Of a DNA stretch of 39,642 bases, positions 1 through 12,850 are shown one piece after another; positions within the stretch are counted from its first letter, which is position 1, and each line of letters begins with the position of its first letter. The notes below the pieces were generated by a model. The model was not told the DNA's origin and ran no database searches. It saw only the letters and a list, made by a program, of their open reading frames with translations. This DNA is from Catajapyx aquilonaris (lineage: Eukaryota). Where the stretch lies: positions 1-39,642 of the forward strand of contig JYFJ02004334.1 in NCBI GenBank assembly GCA_000934665.2, written 5' to 3'. A program made the translations under genes and the position numbers.

Positions 1-390
1 GATTTTCACCATGTTGCAACTCGTCTGACTAAAGTTGGCTTTTCTAAGAGACTGACTGACGTTGCCGGGTGAAACTTGTACATCACTCCACTCATAGGTG
101 GGACTACCTGACACTATAGTTGTTTTATTTCTATCACCCCTAGAACATAGCCAGGACGGAAACTTTTGGCGCCTACCTCGTAGGTTAGGTTAATGTGGTT
201 TATTGGAACATCCTTCTCTATCTACATGGCAACAATCCAGTCATTCATATCTCCTATGCTCTTTCAGCTGCTGCAAGCACTCAAACAGTTTCACACTGTA
301 CCGCTATTGATCAACATTGACAATGTCGTCACCCCACCTCCACTCCAACCCTACTCGCTGTACTCCCTCTCCAGAAGCGATAGATCTTCC

Positions 391-506
391 AAGCAGGGAT
401 GGAAAAAGAACGGCTTCTTTGGGAGGAAGCGGTTCTTTTTCCATCCCTGCACATGGAAAAAAGAAGCGCTTCTTGGAAGGAAGCGGTTCTTTTTCCATCC
501 CTGCTT
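391..506. repeat. Tandem double hairpin
   Basis: GCAGGGATGGAAAAAGAACGGCTTC pairs with either of two direct copies of GAAGCGGTTCTTTTTCCATCCCTGC. Confidence 0.85.
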
Positions 507-940
507 CCAAGGCTTTTATCGCTCTTTAATGGACAACAAATTTGGACAAATACCTCCTTACCAATTGAGAACTTTTTGCCTGAACGTGGATTGTAGTGGC
601 CCAGGCATGAATTTTACAACAATGCCAGAGGACTTCTATTCAGAATGGTGTTTTACACCTGTGGTACAGTATTGGTCATATATCGAGGCAACTGCCAGCG
701 ACATTTTCCAAAGCGGCAGAAGAAGGAATCTTGCTCGCCCGGCTTGTAGCATGCTTATCTTCGATTCCTTCTTCTGCCGCTTCGGAAAATGTCGCTGGCA
801 GTTGCCTCAATATATGACCAATACTGTACTACACAAGTGTCATAATTTCCAAAGACCCTGTGTGTCATTCCCTCCCAGCTGGACACTAAGAGCAGCCAAA
901 TTCTTCATTAATCCAAATGCCACAAAAATTAGGCTAAATA

Positions 941-982
941 GCTAAAATTGCATGGTCCAATATTGGACCATGCAATTTTAGC
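941..982. repeat. Perfect 42-bp palindrome
   Basis: gctaaaattgcatggtccaat|attggaccatgcaattttagc. Confidence 0.95.
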
Positions 983-2283
983 ATACAAATAAGGTAAGTG
1001 TATCATACAGTGATCGCCATGTTAAGAAAAAAAAATCACGTCGGACACTCTTTTCAGGGGAATAATTTAATAAATCTTCAATTTTAAAATATCGTTGGAA
1101 TCGTTGAAACTTGCTCTTTCAGCCAGTGCATATTCGTTCCACATCAGACAGGAAAATTTTGCGGTAAAAATTGTTATATGCAAGTGTGTAAATGCACCAG
1201 TCATGCTCCAGTATTCCGCACTAGCCATGCCCCAGTATTCCCCACCTCGCGGGGCCTTCAATGGTCTGTTTGCTGTAAGCTCTGACACCGTCAACACGAC
1301 GACACTCTTTGTATTTACTGCTGCTGTGTCAATAGCATCAGGGAAGGGTCAGTTTAAAATCCTGTCAGTAGCACATAACTTCAGGTACGACTATGGACGG
1401 CACGTTTTACCTTACTGTCTGGCAATGTTCCCAAACTTATTTCATCGCGACCCTATGAAAAACCTTGACTCGATCTCTGGCGACCAGTATGACCCCTCCC
1501 CGCATCCAGATTTTTATTACCAAAATGTTCTACCAGGTACAATGCTTGCGTAGATTTGATATGAATTTCCCCTTTAAAGTGTTCCTGCTTTGCCTTGCTT
1601 TTTTTTTCCTATTGTTTTTTCTTTATTTTAAGTCCCTTTTCCCAGCCTTCCCCACAATGTTAACAAACATGTTGGCAATGGAGGGGTTGGGAACAGGATA
1701 AACATTTCATCCATAGAGTCGTACAATTCTTTATAAGCGGTACTTGTACGTGTAGGTGTCAATATTATTCAGTTTTATAAAGTCAACATCCATGCCGATT
1801 ATTGGAACATCGACGTTTTTTTGTTCCAGTAATCGCCAACCCAGTGAAGACTGTCTTTAAGATTTACCCAAAATGACATGAAATTTGAAAATTTTAAAAC
1901 ATTTACTTCTTTTTCCACTCAAAAAACTGAAACAAACTCTTCTATTTTGTTGTATGTAAAGTTTTATTTTCTACTTATCTCTTAACAAATATGCTAAGGA
2001 AAGCATTGCTTCGCCGCAAAAATCAGACCTCACTTATTCAAATGCTTCTCTTTCCTGAAGTAGGTCACGAACCCAGCGATGAGGCAGCCTCAAAGGGATG
2101 GGAGATGTTGCCAGATAATGCACTTCCTTGCTAGATTGCCGTGCTACCTTGTTTTTAAAACTTTCCAGTCTCGGTTGGCGAATACATGGACAGTGCGGGA
2201 TACTGGTACACTTACCTTATGTGTAGGAAACATAATTGGTATCATTTCCTAATTACAGTTAATGAACCTCCCTTTAATTCCAG

Positions 2284-2837
2284 TTTGTTGGTGTGAAGAG
2301 CATGAAAGAGTGCAAACTCTACTGGTACAATACTGCCTTGCCATGTATTATGGAACCTGCATGGAATGAACAAACAATTACCAAACTCCATGACACGGTA
2401 TCCAGTGTGGGCCCTAATGACTGGCAAACTGTAGCAAAATTGATGAACACAGGGCACAATGACTTTCATTGTATGAAAAAATACACTCGCACCTCTTCCA
2501 CACATTTCACATGGACAACGGAAATGAACCAGCGCCTAAATGACTTGGTGCTACAATATAAGGACGACAATGTCAATTGGAGTGTAGTTACCCTGAAAAT
2601 GGGTGAGAAGTTGACAGAAGATCAGATCTCCAATCACTGGGTTAGATGTGCAAATCCAAATTTGAAGAAGGGGCGATTCTCATGCAAAGAAGACGCCTTG
2701 ATTGTCACACTTGTGAAAAAGTATGGCCCAAACTTTTCCCTGGTAGCAGCTCACCTGCCTGGACGAAGCAGAGCCGCTGTCCAGACACGATACAATAATT
2801 ACCTCCAGAAGCACATAGTGTCAGGATCATGGACGCT
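2284..2837 (+). CDS. SNAPC4: SNAPC4-like exon: Myb half-repeat end plus Ra, Rb, Rc
   Basis: ttccag|TTT GTT acceptor, CT|gtaagt donor. Encodes WNEQ..DWQTVA, WTTEMNQRL..NWSVV and KKGRFSCKED..LPGRSRAAVQTRY. Confidence 0.9.
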
Positions 2838-5800
2838 GTAAGTAACTACTTTTTCAGCATTTATGACACCTTGTAGAGTGGGTGTCGATGTTTTTTAAAA
2901 TGGTGAAACATCATGTTGGACCTCTAGGTAACACATGGCAGACCCAATGGAGAGCATTTCATGATCGTGTCTTACCAACATGAAAAAGCTGATGCAGTGA
3001 AACCTGTGTGTAGCGGAATCATATGGGACCCTAAAAATTTCCCGTAATGCTATACTCAGGGTCTATATTTTCTGCTAATTCTTCACTGCGATTTTTTACA
3101 AACTCTGAGAAGGAGCGAGATAGGGGGAGGGAGGCCAACTATTACATTTTGAGGACCTATCTTCTTTGACCCAAAGAAGCTGTCTTTCCATTTCCCAACC
3201 AAATATTGTGCCCTTTCCTCACCATCCTGTTCAAGGCTATGGGTATGATTGCAATGCCAGCAATTATATGAGACACATGGTGTCAGAAAGTCCACAAAAG
3301 GCTGATTCAGAGGCCTCCTGGGAGGTCTGAGACATGAGAGTGAACCTTGCTGGAGCTTCTATTTGCATGCCAGCCACTGCACTGACAGGAAATAATGTCA
3401 ACCTTTTTGATTTCCATTAATAGATAAGGATTTGCTTTAAAGGGAGACAAATATTTTCTGTTCTATATTGGGCAGATCAAAAATGAATTGTGCATCTATA
3501 TCTATAAATAAGGAAGTTTGTTTGTGAGTTTGTGAGTTTGTTTGTCCCTTATAGAAATCCTGGGGAAGGCCCGTACACCGCCTTAAATTAGCATATCGGG
3601 GGTTACTTTTTCCAAGGAATCTAATGCCGCATGTTTCAGCTTCCGAAAATGAACCTAACTCCCACAACACGCATATCCCCTAATCTTCTCACTACTCGTG
3701 ACTCAACAATTAACTTACATCAACAACAATATATCAATTTGCATTCCCAACAAAATTTCCCACCATACATCTGTACGTACATTTCTAAAGTTCTTCAGAG
3801 CAAACATATGGAACGAGGTGGGGGTGTGAAGTGGGGTGGGGGGGGGGGTCAAGGGGTCAAAAATGCAGGGGAAAAAACACATGGCTGTGCAGTCTTTTCC
3901 TGGGCCAACTCCATCCGCATTCCTCCTTTTCCACATCCAATCAGAATATCCGTGTCGACTGTATGCTATAAGACAAGCAGGTAGTAATCTATCACAGTTC
4001 ACAGATACCAGCACCCCAACATACCCGAGCAACGCCGGGTAACCTGCTAGTGCTCTATGTATATGCCAGTTCTCAGAAAATTTGTGCAATGGACAAGTTT
4101 CTGCTATACTCAGGGTTCGCTATGGACAGGTTTCACTGTATCAATAGAGGCTGGATTCACAACTCAGGTTTCCAACCTTGGACAGACAGATTCACATAAG
4201 TTCCTATACAGGGTGTTTCTTACTAGTAGGTCAACCTGAATTCAGCATATTCCTTGGCCCAAAACAAGTTGAAAATGTGAGGGGGNGTGGGGGGGGGGGG
4301 GGGGATGTCAAGGGACCGACCTTTAACGAGTTAGATAACTAGAAACATTGGCCAGTGGTTGCCAAAGGAGAAGGATATGAGCTGTGATAATCACTTCTGT
4401 GAAAGAGGTGATCTCACAAATCCCAAAAGCCAGGATTTTCATGCTCATACCCTGCCCCTTAGCCAACCACTGGCCAATGTTTCTGGTTATCTATCTTTTT
4501 AACAGTTGCTCCTTTGACATTTCTCCCCCCTACATATTTGACCTGTTTTGGGCCAAGGAATATGCTGAATTCAGGTTGACCTACTATTAAGAAACACCCT
4601 GTATACCAGGTGGAACAACTGTCAGTCAGACCCATATAGGTCACTCTGTCGCCTCACATTCAAGTGTGGCAAGGCATTTTCCATGGTATTCAAACTGACA
4701 TGTCCATAGTGGTTAGTGATTTTTTAGAACTTAGCTGCTCATTATGAAGAGCTGTTTGTTTTGAATAGTTACTTTTCATGCTTATTATAAGTAACTAGAA
4801 TGCACAATTTGATTCTTTTGTGTATAATGAGAGTAGCAGGTGATGGCACCAAACATTTGTGGAAATCTTTGTGTGGCCAGATGATCTCAAATTAGCAGGA
4901 AAAAGTTGTGCTCACTTTGCCATTTCCAGAGGAATCTAGGAGGGAATATGGACCCAATGCCTGTTCAGTTTGTCTTTGTGGCAACATTTTAGTATGTCCC
5001 TACTGAAGCCTTCAGGGAATAGGAACTGTGAGGCAGGTGACGAGATAAGGATTATGTTTTTGCCGTGTTGGGCAAACTACAGGGTGGACGGAAAGTTTCG
5101 GACCCCCCCAGGTTTTTAAACCCTACTTTTCACAGCGTCTTTTCACATCTTTTAAAAGTCCACAAGCAGTTCTAATGTACACTATCTTTTGAAGCATAAT
5201 CTCGAGAACATCTGAGCACCTTCTCTCTCACAATTCCATAAATAACTTCGCCTCTGTGACTCATCTGAACATCCTATCTGTTTTGCGTTTCTTTTGCTTG
5301 TTGCCTTGGAGGACCCCTGGTCATATTCTGCATCAGATATGGTTTTTATGACCCTTTTCTATGAGTTCCCCTTCATGAAAATGTTGTGAACTCACTCCTG
5401 ACCTTATTTTTCGCATTGGTCCATAACCTGGTCCAAAAAAAAATTGAAAAGGAATGCATGAAATGGCGGACCTGGATGCATTACTTTCGAATTGGTACCA
5501 TCACATTTGTCTCAATTTTTACTTTAAAATAATTTTTGGTGGGAAAGGACAGCAAACAGTCCTACCTTGGTAAATTAATCAACATGACACATCCTTTTGT
5601 TCACGTCCTTTCGCACCAAAAAATTATTTTAAAGTAAAAATGGAGACAAATGTGATGGTACCAATGTGAGAATTCGAAAGAAATGCATCCGGGTCCGCCA
5701 TTTCATGCATTCCTTTTCAAATTTTTATTGGACCAGGTTATGGACCAATGCGAAAAATAAGGTCAGGAGTGAGTTCGCAACATTTGCATGAAGGGGAACT

Positions 5801-8800
5801 CATGGAAAAGGGTCATAAAAACATTATCTGACGCAGAATATGACCAGGGATCCTCCAAGGCAACAAGCAAAATAAATGCAAAACAGATAGGATGTTTAGA
5901 TGAGTCACAGAGGCGAAGTTATTAATGGAATTGCGAGAGCGAAGGTGCTCAGATGTTCTCGAGATTATGCTTCAAAAGATAGTGTACATTAGAACTGCTT
6001 GTGGACTTTTAAAAGATGTGAAAAGACGCTGTGAAAAGTAGGGTTAAAAAACCTGGGGGGGTCTGAAACTTTCCGTCCACCCTGTACATCGAGTTCAAGG
6101 AGCACAAGCAGTTTATGGAGAAACATAAGTGCAAAAGTGTGTTCAAGAGAGTTATTTGGGGATTTTTTCCTGCCAGCAGACAAAGCCTGTATTATAGAGG
6201 GGGATTCAAAACACTTGTATGTTATGGCTATTTTGGCACTAAGCTGCCTATTTTAGTGGTTACTTTTGCCTGATTTTAAAGGTTATCAAAAGGATTAGCT
6301 GCTAATATTAGGCTACATGTACCCATCCAGTTTGAAGCCTGCAAGGGGATCTGACATGCACAACATGGGGTATGCCATTGGCATGAGATGCCAATTGTTC
6401 CAATGGGTCATTCCTCATCAGAAATACTTTGCAGTTCAGAGCTTAAATTATTGATTCAGTTCTGCGTTTAAGTGACGTTTAAGTCAAGCAAAAAATCCTT
6501 TCTAGTCATCAATATTGCTTGTATCTAGGAAAATTTAAATGGGTCTGGTCACATACCTTGTTACTGAATAGTGTCTTGACATTTGTCACCCCCAAAGATT
6601 TTACTAGAATTGGACTAATGATTTTGCTGGCCGTGGGATCTTCCATTAGTAAGAAACACCCTGTAGATTTATTGCATCAATATGGAAAGTCAGTTGTGCT
6701 TTAGCACATACAGCTCTAGAAAATGAATTCTAGTTTTTATTGTGATTTGCAACAATTTTGGTGCAAATGAATGGAATTTTTCCCATGAAGGAATGAGGAC
6801 AGGCGCATATTAAAAGCTGTGGAAGAATTTGGCGAGAAGTGGACAGTGGTCGCTAAGCATCTTCATGGTCGAACCAGTGGTCTTATTAGAATGCGTTACA
6901 ATACCATCAGGAGGTGCATGGAGGCCAATCCCGATGTTCCGGTGAGTACTAATTGCAGAAGGATGGGAAGGCACTGTACTATATTCAACAAAAATTTTGA
7001 GATGAATTTGAATTTCATTTCAATTAAAAATTGTGTCAAGTCTTCATGTCTGGTATAGAAAGGAGCTAAAAGTTATTTTCCCCCCTCGTGAATTAACAGC
7101 CATGGAACAGTCTAGTGATAAAATTAGGCAGATGGTCATCCACCTCAATCAAAGGAATATTTGAAAGAAAATGGCCCAGCCATGTCAGATTTTGTTACAC
7201 AGGGAGTTTCACACAGTAATTCACCCAAAAAACTTCTAGGATGAATTCAATTTCTTTAGTACATTATTATTCATATCCTTAATTGAATGCAACCTGACTT
7301 TATTTTCAGCTTGAAAAACTCCCCATACCCAGGCGCCCAAGAAAAGCACCAGTTGCTAGGGAAATAGACACCACATCTGTAAATGAGAAGTTCATACAAG
7401 ACACAGCCGCAGAGTTGAAAAAATCTAGGCGCCGGATGACACTTATGAAGAACCACAAGCACCAAACCAGGGGTTCAGGGGATGTTGCCCTTGAGGAGTT
7501 CTTCAAGTCTGCCTTTTCAATGAAGAAGACAGGACGCCCAAGGAGTGAGTTGCCATAGCTTGTCTTACAAGTGCAATGTTAGTGTTTGGAGATCTGTTCG
7601 TTGGCTCCCTTTCTAGTCGAGGGAAGGGCAGGACAAAGCCACTTTCTTGACTTATAAGGGAAGATGTGGAACCGAACCAATTAGGGTCAGTTGCATGCTT
7701 GTGATTTTCAGTCAAAATCTTACTGTAACTGAACTAAGGTAGAAAGTGTTGTCCCAGCACAGCTTTATGCAATCACAAGGTTCCAGTGTCAGGTTTACCA
7801 AACTATGTGAATTTCTGTGGGTTTAGGCCCCAAACCTGAGATAAACAAGGTAGCTAGCGCGCACTTCATCATGGAATTAACATTGCTGGCCATAAGCATG
7901 TTTAGACACTTTCACAAAAGAACCCATGTACAGTAGGCTAAGCTCTTTTTGATACCCTGAGAATAACCAGCACCTTTGTTTTTTTCTTTGTGCCTTAACA
8001 AGGGCTCATATCTTGAATAATATAATGTATTACCTCACTTAAAGCGGCATGTTGGAATAAAATGACCAGCATGCCGGTATAACCCTGGGGGTGGCCGGCA
8101 TGCCGTGATAACCGAGGTATGTTTCCATAATTTTGATCATTGTCAAATTTTTTGGAATGCATCTGGTACTGTACTAAAATATATGTTAGGGTGACAAATG
8201 TGCGAGTATACGGGCCTACAGGGCTATGAGAATATCCAAGTTCATCTGTTTCACAAGACATAGAGTGTGACCAATCCCATATTCAGCCTGCTCTGAGAGA
8301 GGAACCCCCTAAACATTACACAGGATCAAGGCAAATTCCTTCAGCCCTTCCTTTTGCTCACTAGTTTGCTGGTCACAGATCTCGTTGGCAATCAGATGAG
8401 CACTTTGTGTAGTGGTATCAATAATAATTGAAGAACTCGAGGGAAGAACGATCAAGGTCCCCTCTTTGCCAAAAATTAGTTACATATCTCGGAAGATAGT
8501 TTCACTAGGGTAGAATGTGATAGTGTGGTCGTGGTTGTGGAGTAATGATCATAGATCACTACGGAAGGCCCTGAAAGTGGGATTTACAATAGAACCGGAT
8601 GGGCCTTCGAAATTTGAAATTGGAATATCTCCATTTCACCTGAGGTGGACCTTGATCGATCTTCCCCCAAGGTCTTCAAGACTGAGAAGCCTCATTACTC
8701 AGATAAAATCCAAACCAAAGGTATGAAATATCCTGGTAGGTATGCTTTTCTTTTTCCAGCATTGCACTTTTAATTGAAAATGTTGCCATGAAATTTGAAC

Positions 8801-11800
8801 TTAACAAATGATCTTATGGGATGTGTCAGGCAATAGAAGTGTCCTGGGCTGTATCCGCATCATAGAACATGGTGTAATGTATTCATCTCTGTAAGGCGAG
8901 GTTTTCTTAATCACAGCATTATCACAATCTCCGTGAAAATTATTATTATACCAGCATACCTCGCCTAGACTGGCATGCTGATATAGCCACCAGATAGTGC
9001 TTTTCTCAAAACCGGTCGACCTCGACTACACTGGCCTGCTGCTTTAAGTGAGGTAATATTAGCATTACAAGTGAAACCATTTAAGTTAGTAAAAATAATG
9101 CTGCTTAATGTTTTCACGGTCATTGAATTTGATTTTGAGGTTGATGGGACTCAAAAACCACAATGGGGTCCTAAAGGATCCAAGATTTACACTATGTTCT
9201 GTAAGATTATTTAAAATTGTTTCCTTCTGAATGGCCAATGGACTGAAAAGATTACTGTCAAATGCATGGTTTCAGAACCCATGATTCACCATGATTCAAC
9301 CTGCATGGTGCAAGTGGTCCTTAATATGGCAAACATCTTGGGTAGGCCAAATTTTGCCAGATACTGTAACTTTGGCAAAAATCATAGGGTGGGTAGTGTG
9401 GACCAAGACAAGTATTTTTGACATAGGAACCCATGTCCGGAAATGCCCCTGTACGGGGGTACGGGCGTTTCCCGCACAATATTTGGATGCAGCCAAAGGC
9501 CTGAACAACAATCGTTGTTTGGCTGTTTACATAGCAATTCAAGATCCCAACACAATGACGCATGGTAATAAAATTGTGTCATCCATTAGTTCCATCTTTC
9601 ATGACTGTAAAATCTGTGTAACAGAGTTGGCTGACCTTGATCTAATAAAATCCTCCGTTTGGCACTTGACACTCGCAATAATTGTCCACCTTCGTCTCCT
9701 CCACACGCGACACACCTGATGAACACAAGTTTCGAGTACGGTAGGCTGCCTACCCACCAGGCACAACTAGAGACCCTTAAAGAAGAGAGTCGCCAACTTG
9801 TTATGTAAGGTCGTCTCTGATTCGTTGGAGTCATTCTTACTCCAACCTGCTCCAGCGAATCAGAGACGACATTTTTTGGAGTGTTGACGTGTTTTAAGCG
9901 GGTTGGGATCTTGAATTGCTATGCAAACAGCCAAACAACGATTGTTGTTCAGGCCTTTGGCTGCATCCAAATATTGTGCGGGAAACGCCCGTACCCCCAT
10001 ACAGGGGCATTTCCGGACATGGGTTCCTATGTCAAAAATACTTGTCTTGGTCCACACTACCCACCCTGTGATTTTTGCCAAAGTTACAGTATTCACCCTA
10101 TAAGTACTGTTGGGATGAAAGAGTCAAAGGTATTGCCCATTCATCTCAGGGTAAGGTTGAGTACGTTGATGAAGGAAATTAATTCGTAAACGATCTTGAG
10201 TTCCCCAGCTAAGATGTGTCTCAATAGCTAGTTGTGTGTCTAATCTGCATGTCTAGAAAATAATATAGGTGACTTTCTTTTTGCACCTTTGTATGCAGAT
10301 CCTTTTATTTATTTCAGCATGAAAGGGAGCAAGCAAAGAGGATGAATATGGATGAAATTATTGTTTTTAGAAAATGATTTACATATGTTGACACTTTATG
10401 ATGTAATGCTGAGATGCAGTTATACAGTAGTAGTAGAACACTGCTGTCCCAAGTAAAAACATCCTATCTGTCAAACTGGGATGAAGGTTGCATGCAGACC
10501 CTGCACTCATCCTTCCTGGTACTAGTACAACTGAAAATGCAGCAATTTCCTCCATACTTGATTACTAATGTGAATAATTTCTATGTAATACATTCATTGA
10601 TGTTTTCAGGTGACTATAACGACAAGGAAACCACAGAACTATGTAAGGCAGCTGTTTTCTATGGTGAACTCCTCGGTGCCGAGATGGACATCCCTGACCC
10701 TATACCGGAAAATGACCTACAGCAGTTATGTGAGAAAACACATCCCAAAAAATATCTCAACGCACAACAGCTTGCAGCGTTACGAAAAGGAAGTTTGAGA
10801 GTGGGCATAGGAGATAAAAGTGTCGGAGAAGAGAGCAGTTTTCTTATTCTGCCACCCGACAGGCAAGCACTCCAGGGATTTAGGGGCCTACTCATGCTGA
10901 GGAGCAGGCTAAAAGCCACAATGGCATGTGATGTAGGTCAGTTGTCTGGACTCTCTGGTGAAAACTCCCATGCTGATATCTTGTCTAAACATATGACAAG
11001 CCTTTTTTTGGTGCCTGCCCTCATGACTAATAATGGGTTAGTATATGCTGTTAAACTTGTTGATATTCACTTTATGCTTAGTTCCAACCCCTTCTAAACA
11101 TCAATTAAGCAGTTTGTTCAGTAATCCCACTGTCAGTAGTTTAACCCTGCGAAGGTGACATGGGCACTTTTGGTGACCAAGTCACATTTTTTGTTAGGAC
11201 TTGGGAAATATAGCACATTTGGGCTTCATCCTTGATACAATCTTGGGTTGATTCCTTCTGCGATGAATGACATTTAGTTTACATTTTTTGAGCAAGTAGT
11301 ACGAGCAGAAAAAAATCAATAATCGGCCAATGCATTATTGGGGCCATAATGTGCAGTGTTTGAGGGCCCTCAATCAGATCTGGTCGGGGGTTATTTGTCT
11401 ATTGTCTGAAGTCAGGGGAGGATTGGCTTTACTTTAGAATAACTGTTCATGCATGAACGTGTGGGCTCATGAATCACTACCGATAAGCCCAGGTCCCCCT
11501 CCGGAAAGCAGAAAGGGAATCATTCTTGGAATGCAGTCTTGGCCCCAACTACGCATTGATGCCTGAGTTATTTTTTTCTGAACGTGCTATTTGCTCAAAA
11601 AATTTTAACTTAATGCCATTTATCACGGAAGGAATCAATCAAAAATGTCCAATATTTTTCAAGTTATAGCAAAAAAGTGGCTTGAGTCACACAAAGTGCC
11701 AACTTCACCGTCCGAGGGTTAAATCCATGATAAGAGAAAACACATTTGACCAATCTGTTTTAAGTCTTCATTGTTGATAAGAGTGAGACTTGACCAGATT

Positions 11801-12850
11801 AATTTTCCATAATGGTTGCCTGTGATTCCTGGATCTAGCATGGGCCTTTTGGTTCCTTTTCCTTGCTCCTCTATAATGATGTGACACAGGGCTTGAGGTA
11901 CTTCCTTTCTATGTCCCATTCTGAAGACTCCGTTTTCTAGTGACTAGGGCTCCTTTACATATACCGCCACTGATGCAATATGACTGATGCAATATGACTT
12001 GTGCATTTTGTGTCACATTATAAACAGGCAGGTACAGTGATACCAGACGAACATTTTTGACATGCACCGCGGTGTGCCTTATACTGTACTTTTGAAACAA
12101 GCGGCCAAAGTTAATGTGTCATTATCTCCACGGATAAAGATCCAAATAAAAATGTACGAGTATTCCACCCTTGCTTCTCTCTCTTATTCCATGTACTATT
12201 TCTGTAAGATGCATCACTCCAACTTTACTCGCACTTCTTTTATGCTTGATTTTACATCACCCCTTCAGTGGAATTTTCAGTGAGCCCAAAACTTTTGCAG
12301 CATAGTTGTATGTATCTGCTCATGGAGTCTACAGAATAATTTTTTCATTGCATATTATTGGGATGGACCTTTCAGGCATATGTTGAGTATATGGTATCAG
12401 ATACTGAACAGTTTTGTTTCAAAACTTATTCTGCCCCTCCACTACTTTTTAACTTCCTGAACTTAGGCCTCTGTTCTGTTGGGTCATTTAAATACTTACC
12501 TACACTAAGTCTGCATTTCTTTTCTCAGTCCTGTGGATACACCTTGCAGTGATGACTCGGAGGAAGAAGCCACTAGTGATAATGTGGATAGTCCAACCAA
12601 GAAACGCAAAAAGGGGAAAGTTGGATGCGCCGCACGGAGACGGATGAAAAAGAAGTGGATGGACCAAAAAAAGGAATGTTCAGGGGAAGGCAGCAAGAGT
12701 GGAGATGAAGAGGAGGAACAGAGCACAGCAGACGAGCCAGTGATTAAAAAACGGAAATATGTTAGAAGCGGAAAATATAAAGTAGAAGCTGCACCTCCAG
12801 AGAGATCACTACGAAGCTCAAGACGGTCAGTCGAAAATGACAAAAATTAA
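2284..12850 (+). CDS. SNAPC4: snRNA-activating protein complex subunit 4 (SNAP190)-like, 5'-partial, spliced
   Basis: Exons 2284-2837, 6791-6941, 7310-7544, 10610-11036 and 12529-12850 have GT-AG ends and compatible phases (2,0,1,2). FVGVKSMKECKLYW resembles human FEGSRSAEEIRKFW (recalled) and is followed by four Myb repeats. Later motifs LPPDRQALQGFRGLL and SLFLVPALM resemble arthropod SNAP190. Confidence 0.88.
3495..4050 (+). mobile_element. Non-autonomous Helitron
   Basis: A|TC 5' end, (GTTT/GTGA)n microsatellite near the 5' end, hairpin acccgagcaacgccgggt at 4023-4040, CTAG|T 3' end, no TSD. Confidence 0.85.
4209..4601. mobile_element. Tc1/mariner-type MITE
   Basis: TA-flanked long TIRs cagggtgtttctta..tagtaggtcaacctgaattcagcatattccttggccc. 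Confidence 0.88.
5080..6084. mobile_element. 1-kb foldback MITE, Tc1/mariner-type ends
   Basis: TA|cagggtggacggaaagtttc...gaaactttccgtccaccctg|TA; arms of about 480 bp pair with few mismatches around a short centre near 5560-5600. Confidence 0.92.
6791..6941 (+). CDS. SNAPC4: SNAPC4-like exon: Myb repeat Rd
   Basis: aag|G AAT GAG acceptor, CCG|gtgagt donor. Joins to give WTLNEDRRILKAVEEFGEKWTVVAKHLHGRT. Confidence 0.88.
7310..7544 (+). CDS. SNAPC4: SNAPC4-like exon (post-Myb basic region)
   Basis: tattttcag acceptor, AGG A|gtgagt donor, open frame, phases match both neighbours. Absent from the ORF track. Confidence 0.75.
8028..9058. mobile_element. Non-autonomous inverted-repeat element, superfamily uncertain, with an inner IR pair at 8428-8679
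   Basis: tattacctcacttaaagcggca vs tgctgctttaagtgaggtaata (1 mismatch); subterminal similarity (gcatgcc..cgaggtatg); inner IR gaagaacgatcaaggtcc/ggaccttgatcgatcttc. Confidence 0.65.
9364..10089. mobile_element. MITE with about 190-bp TIRs
   Basis: TA|ctgtaactttggcaaaaatca...tgatttttgccaaagttacag|TA; arms 9364-9551 and 9902-10089 are nearly identical. Confidence 0.9.
10610..11036 (+). CDS. SNAPC4: SNAPC4-like exon
   Basis: tgttttcag acceptor, GG|gttagt donor; lies within ORF 10414-11097; LPP..GFRGLL motif. Confidence 0.8.
11145..11718. mobile_element. piggyBac-type MITE
   Basis: TTAA|ccct...aggg|TTAA with degenerate long TIRs. Confidence 0.85.
12529..12850 (+). CDS. SNAPC4: SNAPC4-like terminal exon (acidic/basic, NLS-like KKRKK)
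   Basis: ttcttttctcag acceptor in phase 2, TAA at 12848-12850. Confidence 0.75.

Noticed and set aside
193..945. 250-aa ORF
   Set aside because: No recognisable domain; its repeated GRKRFFFHPC peptide derives from the DNA hairpin duplication.
1095..1553. 152-aa ORF
   Set aside because: No recognisable motif or convincing splice link to the SNAPC4 exons; likely repeat-derived non-coding DNA.
3818..4310. G-runs as G-quadruplexes
   Set aside because: They lie inside TEs, and an ambiguous N at 4287 shows homopolymer uncertainty.
9291..10189. Mirror-image ORFs on both strands
   Set aside because: Artefact of MITE terminal inverted repeats.
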